This document shows, in pieces, positions 10,005 through 20,054 of a stretch of DNA of 64,000 nucleotides (position 1 is its first letter; every line of letters begins with the position of its first letter). Origin of the DNA: Candidatus Nitrosopumilus brisbanensis (GTDB lineage Archaea > Thermoproteota > Nitrososphaeria > Nitrososphaerales > Nitrosopumilaceae); contig JAYOXR010000001.1 in the NCBI GenBank assembly GCA_038152885.1, positions 5,273 through 69,272 of the forward strand, given 5' to 3'. The translations under genes were made by a program, and so were the position numbers. The notes below the pieces were generated by a model. That model worked only from the letters and a program-made list of their open reading frames with translations, ran no database searches and was not told the origin of the DNA.

Positions 10005-10637
10005 ATGAAGTTAATTGGGAAATTAGAAATAAAATCTTCAGAAAAAATCTCCAAATTTCTAAATGAAGAACACGTAGGCAGAGTTGCAAGCATTGATGAA
10101 AATGGTTTTCCTCAAATAATTCCTATGAATTTTGTATTTGTAAATAATTCCATCTACATGCATTCGTTTCCCAGAGGAGAAAAAATTCAAAATATCATTA
10201 AAAATAATAAAGTTGGTTTTGAGGTTGACAGAGAACTAGAATTTTTACCCTCATATTTTTCTCATCCCACTGATGCATCTCAAGCAGATACATTGTACAT
10301 TAGTGTGGTAATCAAAGGTATTGGAACTTTGATTGAAGATGATTCAGAAAAAGCATTGGCATTAAATGCATTGATGGAAAAATATCAGCCAGAGGGACAT
10401 TATGAAAAAATACAAGACAATGATCTTGTTTTAGATGAGGTTGCAATTATCAAAGTAATTCCACAACAAATGAAAGGAAAATACAAAATTGGACAACAAT
10501 TGCCCCCCGAGTCTAGAATCATTCTGGCAAAAAAAATTCTACAAAGAAATTCAGAAAATGCCAAAAAAACCATCAAGACAATGGGCTTTGAAATTACCCC
10601 TGATGGACTAAAAATGATAGAAGATCCTGATTGGTAA
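10005..10637 (+). CDS. pyridoxamine 5'-phosphate oxidase-family FMN-binding protein
   Basis: 210 aa. GRVASIDENGFPQIIPMNFVFVNNSIYMHS is the typical split-barrel N-terminal pattern. Confidence 0.65.
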   Translation: MKLIGKLEIKSSEKISKFLNEEHVGRVASIDENGFPQIIPMNFVFVNNSIYMHSFPRGEKIQNIIKNNKVGFEVDRELEFLPSYFSHPTDASQADTLYISVVIKGIGTLIEDDSEKALALNALMEKYQPEGHYEKIQDNDLVLDEVAIIKVIPQQMKGKYKIGQQLPPESRIILAKKILQRNSENAKKTIKTMGFEITPDGLKMIEDPDW

Positions 10638-10671
10638 TTGACATAATCACCATTGCTTTAAATTCAGTTTT

Positions 10672-12639
10672 TTGAAATTTTGTTTATTGTCTCAGAAAAT
10701 TAAATTTGAATTATCTTCAGATTATGTTCCAACTGGTGATCAACCACAGGCAATTGATTCACTAGTTAAAGGAGTAGAGAAAAATAAAGTCCAGACACTC
10801 ATTGGTGTAACTGGTAGTGGAAAGACATTCACTGTTGCAAATGTAATTGCTCGAACTGGAAAAAATACTCTGGTAATATCTCACAATAAAACACTGGCAG
10901 CACAACTGTATTCTGAATTAAAACAATTTTTTCCAAAAAACAATGTAGGTTATTTTGTATCGTATTACGATTATTATCAACCAGAAAGCTATCTACCTCA
11001 AACCGACACCTATATTGAAAAAGATACTCAAATCAATGAAAAAATTGAAAAAATGAGGCTAGAGGCAACTGCCATGCTCTTGTCCGGTGAGCCTACAATT
11101 ATTGTATCAACTGTTTCTTGTATTTACTCACTAGGAAATCCTCAAGATTGGAAAGACCTCTCAATTGTAATTAATTCTGGTGATGAAGTAAAACGAAATG
11201 ACATAATCAAAAGACTAGTTGATGCAAGATATGAGCGAAATGATACCGAAGTCCAACCTGGATTCTTTAGAGTAAAAGGTGATACTTTGGATATAATTCC
11301 TGCATACTCTGAAGATATTGTTCGCATCTCTATGTTTGGTGATGAAGTAGAAAAAATCACTTTACTAGATCATGTATCATTAAAAGAAAAAACTAGTCTG
11401 TCCCAAATCAAAATTTTTCCTGCAAAACATTATCTTATTGCAAAAGATGTTCGTGAAAATGCAGTAAAATCGATTCGAGATGAACTTGAATCTAGATTAC
11501 CTGAATTAAAAGAACTTGAAAAACAAAGACTATTGATGAGAACTAATTTCGATTTAGAAATGATTGAAGAACTCGGATATTGTTCAGGAATTGAAAACTA
11601 TTCTAGACATTTTGATGGCAGAAAGGCAGGTGAACAAGCTTTTTGTTTAATGGATTTCTTTGAAAATGATTATCTTTTAGTAATTGATGAGTCACATGTT
11701 ACATTACCTCAATTACATGGAATGTACAAAGGTGATCATTCTAGAAAAAAGGAACTTGTAACTTATGGATTCAGATTACCTAGTGCATATGATAATAGAC
11801 CATTAAAATTCGAAGAGTTTGAAAAATATCTAAAAAACACAATCTTTGTTTCTGCAACTCCTGCAGATTATGAAAAAAAGATTTCATCAAATATTGCAGA
11901 ACAAGTGGTTAGACCGACTGGATTGCTTGATCCTGAAATTGAAATTCGTTCAACTAAAAATCAAATGGATGATCTTATTTCTGAAATTAATAAAAAAGTA
12001 GAAAAATCCGAGCGCGTTTTAGTCACAACCTTGACTAAAAGAATGGCTGAAGATTTGGCTGAATATTTGTCAAAAAAACAGGTACGTGTCAGATACATGC
12101 ACTCTGAAATTGACGGTCTACAGCGTACTGAACTAATTAGACAACTTCGTTTAGGTGAATTTGATGTACTTGTAGGCATAAATCTGCTCAGAGAAGGACT
12201 GGACATACCCGAAGTTTCATTGGTGGCAATTCTTGATGCAGACAAGGAAGGATTTTTGAGAAACTTTACTAGTTTGATTCAGACTTTTGGAAGAGCTGCA
12301 AGAAATTCAAATGGTTCAGTGATTATGTATGCTGATTCAGTAACAATGTCAATGAAAAATGCAATTAATGAAACCAAAAGGCGTAGAGAAAAACAAATCA
12401 CTTACAATAAAGAAAACAACATAGTTCCAAAAACAATTATCAAATCTGTTCCAGAACAAGTGACTACACTTGATGACGTAAAGCTAAAATCAACACATGA
12501 TATTTCAACAGATATTATCGAGCTTGAAGCACAAATGAAAAAATATTCAGATGATCTTGATTTTGAAAAAGCAATTGAATGCAGAGATAGGATAAAACAT
12601 CTTGAAAGGGAGATTAAAATTAAAAATGATAGAAAATAA
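10672..12639 (+). CDS. uvrB: excinuclease ABC subunit B
   Basis: 655 aa with PTGDQPQAI, GVTGSGKT, DESH, the helicase motifs and a C-terminal UVR domain (FEKAIECRDRIKHLE). The start could be TTG 10672 or TTG 10687. Confidence 0.97.
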   Translation: MKFCLLSQKIKFELSSDYVPTGDQPQAIDSLVKGVEKNKVQTLIGVTGSGKTFTVANVIARTGKNTLVISHNKTLAAQLYSELKQFFPKNNVGYFVSYYDYYQPESYLPQTDTYIEKDTQINEKIEKMRLEATAMLLSGEPTIIVSTVSCIYSLGNPQDWKDLSIVINSGDEVKRNDIIKRLVDARYERNDTEVQPGFFRVKGDTLDIIPAYSEDIVRISMFGDEVEKITLLDHVSLKEKTSLSQIKIFPAKHYLIAKDVRENAVKSIRDELESRLPELKELEKQRLLMRTNFDLEMIEELGYCSGIENYSRHFDGRKAGEQAFCLMDFFENDYLLVIDESHVTLPQLHGMYKGDHSRKKELVTYGFRLPSAYDNRPLKFEEFEKYLKNTIFVSATPADYEKKISSNIAEQVVRPTGLLDPEIEIRSTKNQMDDLISEINKKVEKSERVLVTTLTKRMAEDLAEYLSKKQVRVRYMHSEIDGLQRTELIRQLRLGEFDVLVGINLLREGLDIPEVSLVAILDADKEGFLRNFTSLIQTFGRAARNSNGSVIMYADSVTMSMKNAINETKRRREKQITYNKENNIVPKTIIKSVPEQVTTLDDVKLKSTHDISTDIIELEAQMKKYSDDLDFEKAIECRDRIKHLEREIKIKNDRK

Positions 12640-15445
12640 ACTAAAAATTCGTGGTGCACGTCATCATAATCTAAAAAACATTGATGTTGATATTCCTAAA
12701 AATAAACTAGTTGTAATTAGTGGTTTGTCTGGTTCTGGAAAATCAACATTGGCATTTGATACAATTTATGCTGAAGGTCAAAGAAGATATGTTGAATCAC
12801 TCTCAGCTTATGCAAGACAATTTCTTGAAATGATGGATAAACCCGATGTTGATTCAATTGAAGGATTATCTCCTGCAATTTCTATTCAACAAAAAACTAC
12901 AAGTAAAAATCCTCGTTCTACTGTTGGTACTACTACTGAAATCTATGATTACATGAGATTACTTTTTGCTCGAATTGGAATTCCACATTGTACAAACTGT
13001 GGTAGAAAAATTTCTACTCAATCAATTGAAACAATTTGTGATACTGTATTAGGTGAATTTTCAGATAAAAAAATACTGATTCTCTCACCAATAATTAAAA
13101 GGAAAAAAGGAACATACGAAAAATTATTTGAGCAAATCAAAAAAGATGGATACTCTAGAATCCGCCTAAATGGTGAAATTTTGAGCCTAAATGAGGAAAT
13201 TCCGCCTCTTGACCGTCAAAAATGGCATAATATTGAGATTGTAGTTGATAGAATAACAATAGAAAAATCAGAGCGTTCTAGATTGTTTGAGGCAATTCAA
13301 ACTGCAATCAAAGCATCAAAAGGTGAAGTAATGGTTGTCTCAGATGACACTGAAAAAATATTTTCACAAAATAATGCATGTCCTTACTGTGGATTAACTA
13401 TTGGTGAACTTGAACCAAGAAATTTCTCATTTAACTCTCCATTTGGTTTGTGTAAAGATTGTAATGGTTTAGGTGTAAAAATGAAATTTGATGCAGAACT
13501 TGTAATTCCTGATAAATCAAAATCAATTCTTGAAGGTGCAATTGTTCCTTGGAGTGGAAGATTTTCCTCATTTAGAAAACAAGCACTTCGTGCAGTTGGA
13601 AAAAAATTTGGATTTGACTTGATGACTCCAATTGAGAAAATCAAACCACAACATCTGAAGATAATTTTAGAAGGCACTGATGATATGATTGATTTTAGCT
13701 ACGAGTCTCATTCAGGTGATTCTTCATGGCAATACACAAATTCCTTTGAGGGTGTATTAGATAATCTTCAACGTGTTTTCATGGAGACTGATTCAGAGTC
13801 AAAAAGAGAATGGCTAAAACAATTCATGAGAGATACTCCATGTACTTCATGTAATGGGAAAAAACTCAAACCAGAATCTCTAGCAGTAAAAATTAATGAT
13901 AAAGGAATCATGGATGTATGTGATTTGTCCATTGACAAATGTTATGATTTCTTTGCAAATATCAAATTGACTGAAACTGAAACATACATTGCACGAGATG
14001 TCCTCAAGGAAATCAAAGAGCGATTAGAATTTTTAATGAATGTGGGTTTGAACTATCTAACTTTGAATAGACTAAGTTCTACTCTTTCTGGAGGAGAATC
14101 ACAAAGAATTCGTTTGGCTACTCAAATAGGCTCAAATCTGACAGGTGTCTTGTATGTTCTTGATGAGCCTACAATCGGGCTTCATCAGCGTGATAATGAG
14201 CGACTAATTCATACACTAAACAAACTACGAAATCTAGGAAATACTGTAATTGTTGTAGAGCATGACGAAGAAGTAATTAGAAATTCAGATTGGATGATTG
14301 ACCTTGGTCCTGGCGCAGGTGTTCATGGTGGAGCTATAGTTTTTGAAGGCACTGTAAAACAAATACTCAAAGGACAAAAATCAATAACTGGTAAATATCT
14401 AAAAGACAATTCATTAATACAATTAACTGATAAAATCAGAAATCGTTCTGGAACTCTTGAAATAAAAAAAGCATCAGAGAATAATCTCAAAAACATTGAC
14501 GTTGAAATTCCACTTGGTTTGTTTGTTTCAGTTACTGGTGTTTCTGGCTCTGGAAAATCTACACTAATCAATGATATTTTACTTACTGCTCTTGAAAGCC
14601 ACTTTTACAAATCAAATTCAAAACCTGGAGCACATAAAGAAATCAAAGGTATTGAGAATTTAGATAAAGTGATTGCAATTGATCAATCTCCAATTGGAAG
14701 AACTCCTAGATCAAACCCTGCTACATACATTGGTGCATTTACTCCAATTCGTGAACTATATGCAAATACAGAATTATCCAAAGAGCGTGGATACTCACCT
14801 GGACAATTTTCATTTAATGTTCCAGATGGAAGATGTTTTTCATGTGATGGTGATGGTGTAAAACAAATTGAAATGCAATTTCTTTCAGATGTCTATGTTA
14901 GATGTGATGAATGTAAAGGAAAACGATACAATTCTGAAACATTATCTGTTTTGTACAAGGGGAAAAATATCTCAGATATTTTAGACATGACTGTTTTTGA
15001 AGCACTAAACTTTTTTGAAAATGTACCATCAATTAAAAGAAAATTAGAGACAATTAATGATGTAGGCTTGGGTTACATAAAATTAGGACAATCATCCACT
15101 ACTCTCTCCGGAGGTGAGGCTCAAAGAGTTAAACTTGCCTCAGAATTATCAAAACGTTCCACTGGTAAAACTCTGTATATTTTAGATGAACCAACAACTG
15201 GACTGCATTTTGCAGATGTTCAAAAATTACTAGATGTACTAAATAGATTAGTGAATTTAGGAAATACTGTTGTGGTAATTGAGCACAACATGGATGTGAT
15301 AAAAAATTCTGATTGGATTATTGATTTAGGTCCAGAGGGTGGTGATTCTGGTGGTTCCATAGTTTCATGCGGGACCCCCATTGAAATCTCAAAGGACTCT
15401 AAGAGTTATACTGGAAAATATCTTAAAAAACTCATTAAAAAATGA
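12626..15445 (+). CDS. uvrA: excinuclease ABC subunit A
   Basis: Has a tandem ABC ATPase (GLSGSGKST and GVSGSGKST, two LSGGE signatures) and zinc modules (CPYCG, CxxCxGxG). I place the start at ATG 12626 ([17 protein letters not shown]), which overlaps the uvrB stop by 14 nt. The track ORF opens at TTG 12602. Confidence 0.97.
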   Translation: MIENKLKIRGARHHNLKNIDVDIPKNKLVVISGLSGSGKSTLAFDTIYAEGQRRYVESLSAYARQFLEMMDKPDVDSIEGLSPAISIQQKTTSKNPRSTVGTTTEIYDYMRLLFARIGIPHCTNCGRKISTQSIETICDTVLGEFSDKKILILSPIIKRKKGTYEKLFEQIKKDGYSRIRLNGEILSLNEEIPPLDRQKWHNIEIVVDRITIEKSERSRLFEAIQTAIKASKGEVMVVSDDTEKIFSQNNACPYCGLTIGELEPRNFSFNSPFGLCKDCNGLGVKMKFDAELVIPDKSKSILEGAIVPWSGRFSSFRKQALRAVGKKFGFDLMTPIEKIKPQHLKIILEGTDDMIDFSYESHSGDSSWQYTNSFEGVLDNLQRVFMETDSESKREWLKQFMRDTPCTSCNGKKLKPESLAVKINDKGIMDVCDLSIDKCYDFFANIKLTETETYIARDVLKEIKERLEFLMNVGLNYLTLNRLSSTLSGGESQRIRLATQIGSNLTGVLYVLDEPTIGLHQRDNERLIHTLNKLRNLGNTVIVVEHDEEVIRNSDWMIDLGPGAGVHGGAIVFEGTVKQILKGQKSITGKYLKDNSLIQLTDKIRNRSGTLEIKKASENNLKNIDVEIPLGLFVSVTGVSGSGKSTLINDILLTALESHFYKSNSKPGAHKEIKGIENLDKVIAIDQSPIGRTPRSNPATYIGAFTPIRELYANTELSKERGYSPGQFSFNVPDGRCFSCDGDGVKQIEMQFLSDVYVRCDECKGKRYNSETLSVLYKGKNISDILDMTVFEALNFFENVPSIKRKLETINDVGLGYIKLGQSSTTLSGGEAQRVKLASELSKRSTGKTLYILDEPTTGLHFADVQKLLDVLNRLVNLGNTVVVIEHNMDVIKNSDWIIDLGPEGGDSGGSIVSCGTPIEISKDSKSYTGKYLKKLIKK

Positions 15446-17028
15446 CTTTTGATATCTCGAAAATCACAATTCCAACTGATCCTGGAATTTATTTGATGAA
15501 AGACAAGGATGAAAAAATTATCTATATTGGAAAGGCAAAAAATCTCAAAAAACGCGTAAAGTCATATTTTCTTAAAAACCAAAATTACAAGACTCAAAAA
15601 CTAGTTGAAAATATTTCATCCATTGAATTTGTTTTAACAGATAATGAAAGTGAAGCATTTCTTTTAGAATCCAATATGATCAAAAAATACCGACCACGAT
15701 TTAATATTGAATTAAAAGATCAACAACGTTACACATATCTTCGAGTAACTGATGAAAAATATCCAAGATTACTTGTTGCGCGTAGAACTAGAGACGGAAC
15801 ATTTTTGGGAAAAGGGAAGATTTATGGTCCTTTTACACAAGGTAGTTCAAAATTACTTACTATTGGAGCATTACGTAAAGCATTTCAAATTAGGATTTGT
15901 AAAACATTACCAAAAAAAGTTTGTCTTGAATACCATTTAGGTAATTGCGAAGGTCCATGTGAATTCAAAGATGCTCAAGACAGATATTCTTCACATGTTG
16001 AATCACTAGAAGAAGTTCTCAAAGGAAAAAATCAAACAAAAATTTTCACAAAAAAATTAGAAGATGAAATGAAACTAGCAGCAGATCTTCAACAATTTGA
16101 GCGTGCAAAAGAAATTAGGGATACTTTGATTCGGTTGGGAAGCCTTCAAACAAAACAAAAAATGGAATATGTTGAAAATTCTGATGAGGAATATTTTGGT
16201 ATTGCAATAAAGGAATATTCTGCAATAGTAATGAATTTCAGAATGATCAATGGTGTTATCCGTGATAGTGACAAATTCTTTTTTGATCTTGTTGGAGAAA
16301 ATTCATTTTCAAATTTCCTCTATCAGTACTATTCGACACATCAAATTCCAAGGCACATTATTGTCAGTGAACTTCCTGATGAAAGTAGTATGTTGGAGTC
16401 TTTGTTATCTGAACAATCAGGTTTTCCTGTAACTATTTCTTTGCCACAAAAAGGAAAGAAAAAAGATATCATGAATTTAATTATGAAAAATATCGCAATT
16501 ATTGAGGAAAAAGGAACTGAACCTGGATTAGTTGAACTACAAGATTTGTTAGGATTGAAAATACTTCCCAAGGTCATTGAATGTTTTGATATTTCCAATC
16601 ATGGTGACTCTTTTGCAGTGGGTTCTATGGCACAATTTGTTGATGGGCAACCTCAAAAATCAGGCTATAGAAAATTCAAAATTAAAACCGTCGAGGGTCG
16701 TGATGATTTTGCCATGATTGAAGAGGTAATCAAGAGAAGATATCTTCGATTATTAGAGGAGAAAAAACCATTGCCCGATTTAATAGTCATTGATGGGGGA
16801 AAAGGTCAGCTATCTTCTGCATTAAATTCTCTTAAATCCCTTGGCCTGGATATTGATTGTATATCTCTTGCAAAAGAAAATGAAGAAGTTTTCATACCAA
16901 AAATTAAGGAATCAATAAAAATTCCAAAAGAAAATCAATCACTTAAAATTCTCCAACATATTCGAGATGAGACTCATAGATTTGGAGTACTGTATAATCG
17001 TACGATTAGAAAAAATCAAATAAAATAG
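15442..17028 (+). CDS. uvrC: excinuclease ABC subunit C
   Basis: 528 aa with a GIY-YIG N-terminus (GIYLMKD..IIYIGKAKNLKKRV), a UVR domain (FERAKEIRDTL) and an Endo-V-like C-terminal domain. ATGA overlap with the uvrA stop. Confidence 0.95.
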   Translation: MTFDISKITIPTDPGIYLMKDKDEKIIYIGKAKNLKKRVKSYFLKNQNYKTQKLVENISSIEFVLTDNESEAFLLESNMIKKYRPRFNIELKDQQRYTYLRVTDEKYPRLLVARRTRDGTFLGKGKIYGPFTQGSSKLLTIGALRKAFQIRICKTLPKKVCLEYHLGNCEGPCEFKDAQDRYSSHVESLEEVLKGKNQTKIFTKKLEDEMKLAADLQQFERAKEIRDTLIRLGSLQTKQKMEYVENSDEEYFGIAIKEYSAIVMNFRMINGVIRDSDKFFFDLVGENSFSNFLYQYYSTHQIPRHIIVSELPDESSMLESLLSEQSGFPVTISLPQKGKKKDIMNLIMKNIAIIEEKGTEPGLVELQDLLGLKILPKVIECFDISNHGDSFAVGSMAQFVDGQPQKSGYRKFKIKTVEGRDDFAMIEEVIKRRYLRLLEEKKPLPDLIVIDGGKGQLSSALNSLKSLGLDIDCISLAKENEEVFIPKIKESIKIPKENQSLKILQHIRDETHRFGVLYNRTIRKNQIK

Positions 17029-17044
17029 AAAAAGGAAAGTCTGT

Positions 17045-17731
17045 TTAGTTAACAGTAACTTTTCCGGTCATCCATGGGTGTACCATACAGAAGTAATCAT
17101 AAGAACCTGCTGCATCAAATGTGAATGAATATGATGCTCCGGCCATGAGTAAGCTACTGTCAAATGCACCAGATGGACCTTCTGCTGGACTACCTGCGGT
17201 TACAGTGTGAGCTGCGGTATCAATATTGTCCCACTCTACAGTATCACCTACACTTACTGAAAGTGATGCTGGTAAGTAACAAGAGTTTGACTCTTCACAT
17301 CCAGGTGATGCGGTTCCTGCTGGAACGTCAACTATGTGAGTGGTTGGTCCTGCTGCTGCGGCTGCTGCTGCATCTGCTGCGGCTTGTGCTGCTGCTGCTT
17401 TAGCTGCTGCATCTGCTGCTGCTTTAGCTGCTGCTGCATTTGCTGCGGCTTGTGCTGCTGCTGCATCTGCTGCTGCTTTTTCAGCTGCTGCGGCTGCTGC
17501 TTTTTCAGCTGCTGCTGCTTTAGCTGCTGCATCTGCTGCTGCTTTTTCAGCTGCTGCATCTGCTGCTGCTTGAGAAGCTGCAGAGTTTTGAGATTCCATT
17601 GGTTTGGAAACTACAGGTGCTGAAACTGCTGGACCTGCTGTTTGAACTCCATCCATGTAGAATGCGAATCCAATACCTATAGCTACAATTGCAACTGTAA
17701 ATCCAATTGCGATTTGGTCTATACTAGCCAT
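17045..17731 (-). CDS. membrane-anchored blue copper protein (plastocyanin/amicyanin-like cupredoxin) with Ala-rich spacer
   Basis: 228 aa with an N-terminal TM helix (IAIGFTVAIVAIGIGFAFY) and a ~77-aa Ala/Asp/Lys/Glu/Gln spacer. The C-terminal cupredoxin carries the type-1 copper ligand pattern H...YDYFCMVHPWMTGKVTV. Confidence 0.85.
   Translation of the reverse strand: MASIDQIAIGFTVAIVAIGIGFAFYMDGVQTAGPAVSAPVVSKPMESQNSAASQAAADAAAEKAAADAAAKAAAAEKAAAAAAEKAAADAAAAQAAANAAAAKAAADAAAKAAAAQAAADAAAAAAAGPTTHIVDVPAGTASPGCEESNSCYLPASLSVSVGDTVEWDNIDTAAHTVTAGSPAEGPSGAFDSSLLMAGASYSFTFDAAGSYDYFCMVHPWMTGKVTVN
17351..17581 (-). repeat. GCT/GCA-rich low-complexity coding repeat (Ala-rich spacer of the cupredoxin)
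   Basis: The plus strand reads gctgctgc(a/t)tctgctgctgcttt(a/tttc)agctgctgc... reiterated. A near-identical block gctgctttagctgctgcatctgctgctgcttt recurs 120 nt apart (about 17393 and 17513). The region is locally very GC-rich relative to the window and is open in most frames. Confidence 0.9.
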
Positions 17732-17878
17732 AATTGATCTAGAAATCTGAATATACTAAATAAATCTAATTCCAATTTTTGATATATTCTATGAATTAAC
17801 ACTAGAAACTTTAGTTTTTTGCTATTTTTTAGAAATAATGATATTTTTATGATTTTTTTATTGGAATTTTAACATTTT

Positions 17879-18262
17879 TTATTTTTCAAATCTGTTTGCT
17901 TTATTGTCCTCTGGTATAATCACCTCCCATGAAACTTCTAATTTTCTTTGATTGATCAATTGTCTGATAAATCCAATCCTTTTTTGGATCAGTTCACTTT
18001 GTGATTTTTTCTTACCTGTAAATTCATCAAAAATTTCAGTGTCATCAATTTTGATTTTAATGGAATCTTTATTTTTAATAATGAATACTCCAATACCCCA
18101 AAAAATTCCTACATGGAGAGCAATAGTTTTTGATTCAGAATTTGAAATTTTATCTTTATAATTTTCTACATGTTCTCTATTCTCAAAAACTGTTTTCTCA
18201 TCTGATTCAATTAGCCATGAAATTCTTTCTTTATCCCCATAGGCATACAAAACATGTTTCAA
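17879..18262 (-). CDS. hypothetical protein
   Basis: 127-aa ORF with no recognised motif. Confidence 0.4.
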   Translation of the reverse strand: MKHVLYAYGDKERISWLIESDEKTVFENREHVENYKDKISNSESKTIALHVGIFWGIGVFIIKNKDSIKIKIDDTEIFDEFTGKKKSQSELIQKRIGFIRQLINQRKLEVSWEVIIPEDNKANRFEK

Positions 18263-18338
18263 TTGTCAACCAAAAAGTGGTTTTTTATCAATATATTTTG
18301 AATCCCTCACTTATGATCAAAGATAAAAAGATGTTATC

Positions 18339-18545
18339 ATGCTTGAATCCCAACAGTTCTTTTCACGAATGGTTGATGAATTAGTAGAGTTTTCCGAATA
18401 TGATCCTGAACTTGCTGACGGAATCAAATGGTTAGATGAACAGGCTCAGAAAAAAGGAATTACTTTCTATGATATGGTTTTTGAAGTTTTGTACAAACAT
18501 GATGTTAATTCAAAAGCAAAAGATTGGCTTAGTACACGAAACTAA
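18339..18545 (+). CDS. hypothetical small acidic protein
   Basis: 68-aa ORF that fills the gap before citrate synthase. Confidence 0.35.
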   Translation: MLESQQFFSRMVDELVEFSEYDPELADGIKWLDEQAQKKGITFYDMVFEVLYKHDVNSKAKDWLSTRN

Positions 18546-18546
18546 A

Positions 18547-19710
18547 CTATTTTCTCAAATCTAATCGCTCATATTTACAACCTTCAGGTCCACAATATTT
18601 TCCAACATATGTCGCCTTTGGTCTATAGAGTGCAGGTTTTGGAGCTGCCTCTGCAAATTTCTCTTCAATGATATGTGCTGCCCATCCAACAACTCTTGAA
18701 ATTGCAAATATTGGTGTGTTCAAATCTACAGGAATTTTTAGCATATAGTATAATGATGCACTATACAAGTCAACGTTTGGATAGATATCTTTTCCTTTCA
18801 TCTCTTTCATTAATTTTATTGTTGTAGTTTCAACTTTTTCCGTAATTGCAAACCATGGTTCTTTTGTTTTTTCTGCAAGTTCCCTAGATAATTTTTTGAG
18901 TACTGTTGCTCTTGGGTCATAAGTTCTATAGACTGCATGACCCATTCCCATAATTCTATCTCCTTTATCCATTCTTTCTTTGATCCATGATTCGACTCTA
19001 TCAATTTCTTGAATGTCTAACAACATCTTCATAACTTCTGTGTTAGCTCCTCCATGAAGTTCACCACTTAGTGCTCCAATTGCTGCACTTGATGCAGAAT
19101 ACATATGTGCTCTAGTTGATGCAACTTGCCTTGCAGTAAATGTTGATGCATTGAATGTATGGTCTGCATGTAAAATCAAACATCTATCGAAAATCTTTTC
19201 AACTTCTGGATCAGGTTTCTCACCTGTCATCATGTAAAGAAAATTTGCTGCATGGCTCAAAGTAGGATCTGGATCCACTAGAGGTAACCCATCTCTGATT
19301 CTTTGCCAACTTGCAATAATTGTTGGAACTTTTGCAATCAGATTAATGGCTTTTTCATAACTTGCATCTTTATTTGAAAATTCTTCATCATAATATCCTG
19401 CTAGTGCAGAAACAAATGCTTGTAACATATCCATTGGGTCTGCATCTTTTCTCCAGTTTCCCATGTTTTTTTGCATTTGCTTTGGAATGTATCTTGCCTC
19501 GATTAATTTGGCATTAAAATCATCTAATTGTACTTTGGTAGGTAAGTTATCATATAGTAAGAGATATGCGGTTTCTTCAAAGGTTGAATTTTCAACCAAA
19601 TCCATAATGTCGTATCCACGATAGATTAGTCTGCCTTTCTCACCATCAATATTGGAAATTCTCGTATCTGCAACTTCGACACCTCTCAATCCAATATTTT
19701 TTGTCTCCAT
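18547..19710 (-). CDS. gltA: citrate synthase
   Basis: 387 aa with LILHADH, GELHGGAN and MGMGHAVYRTYDPRA catalytic signatures. Confidence 0.95.
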   Translation of the reverse strand: METKNIGLRGVEVADTRISNIDGEKGRLIYRGYDIMDLVENSTFEETAYLLLYDNLPTKVQLDDFNAKLIEARYIPKQMQKNMGNWRKDADPMDMLQAFVSALAGYYDEEFSNKDASYEKAINLIAKVPTIIASWQRIRDGLPLVDPDPTLSHAANFLYMMTGEKPDPEVEKIFDRCLILHADHTFNASTFTARQVASTRAHMYSASSAAIGALSGELHGGANTEVMKMLLDIQEIDRVESWIKERMDKGDRIMGMGHAVYRTYDPRATVLKKLSRELAEKTKEPWFAITEKVETTTIKLMKEMKGKDIYPNVDLYSASLYYMLKIPVDLNTPIFAISRVVGWAAHIIEEKFAEAAPKPALYRPKATYVGKYCGPEGCKYERLDLRK

Positions 19711-19792
19711 ACTGAGCCTAGAAAAAAACTGCTATTATATTTTCTCAAAAAAAGGTCTATGAAATTGATCTTTTTGTCTATATTGGCAACAC

Positions 19793-20014
19793 TTGATCAT
19801 AAAAGAGAATTATTCATCAATTATTATGAATCAATCCGAAAGAAAACAACTTTCAAATTTAGATGACTTGATTCTATCTGCTTCAAAAGAGGAATTGAAC
19901 AAAATTCAAGAAATCGATCGACAAAATCAATTAGAGGGACACTCACTTTATGAAATCTACCTTGATTCAACAAATTTGATTGATCAAAAAATCAAAAATT
20001 CTAGAAAAAACTAG
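19793..20014 (+). CDS. hypothetical protein
   Basis: 73 aa from TTG. ATG at 19826 gives 62 aa. No motif recognised. Confidence 0.3.
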   Translation: MIIKENYSSIIMNQSERKQLSNLDDLILSASKEELNKIQEIDRQNQLEGHSLYEIYLDSTNLIDQKIKNSRKN

Positions 20015-20054
20015 ATTCTATATTTCATTTAAATGAGGGACAGCGTCGGTTTTC

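Noticed and set aside
17164-17623. Four alternative-frame ORFs across the cupredoxin spacer: a poly-Gln/Lys ORF (17332-17559, minus), a Cys/Phe-rich ORF (17336-17623, plus), an Ala-rich plus-strand ORF (17340-17573) and 17164-17403 (plus).
   Set aside because: They are artefacts of the GCT/GCA repeat, which lacks stop codons in most frames. Only the frame that continues into a TM anchor and a cupredoxin domain with intact copper ligands is credible.
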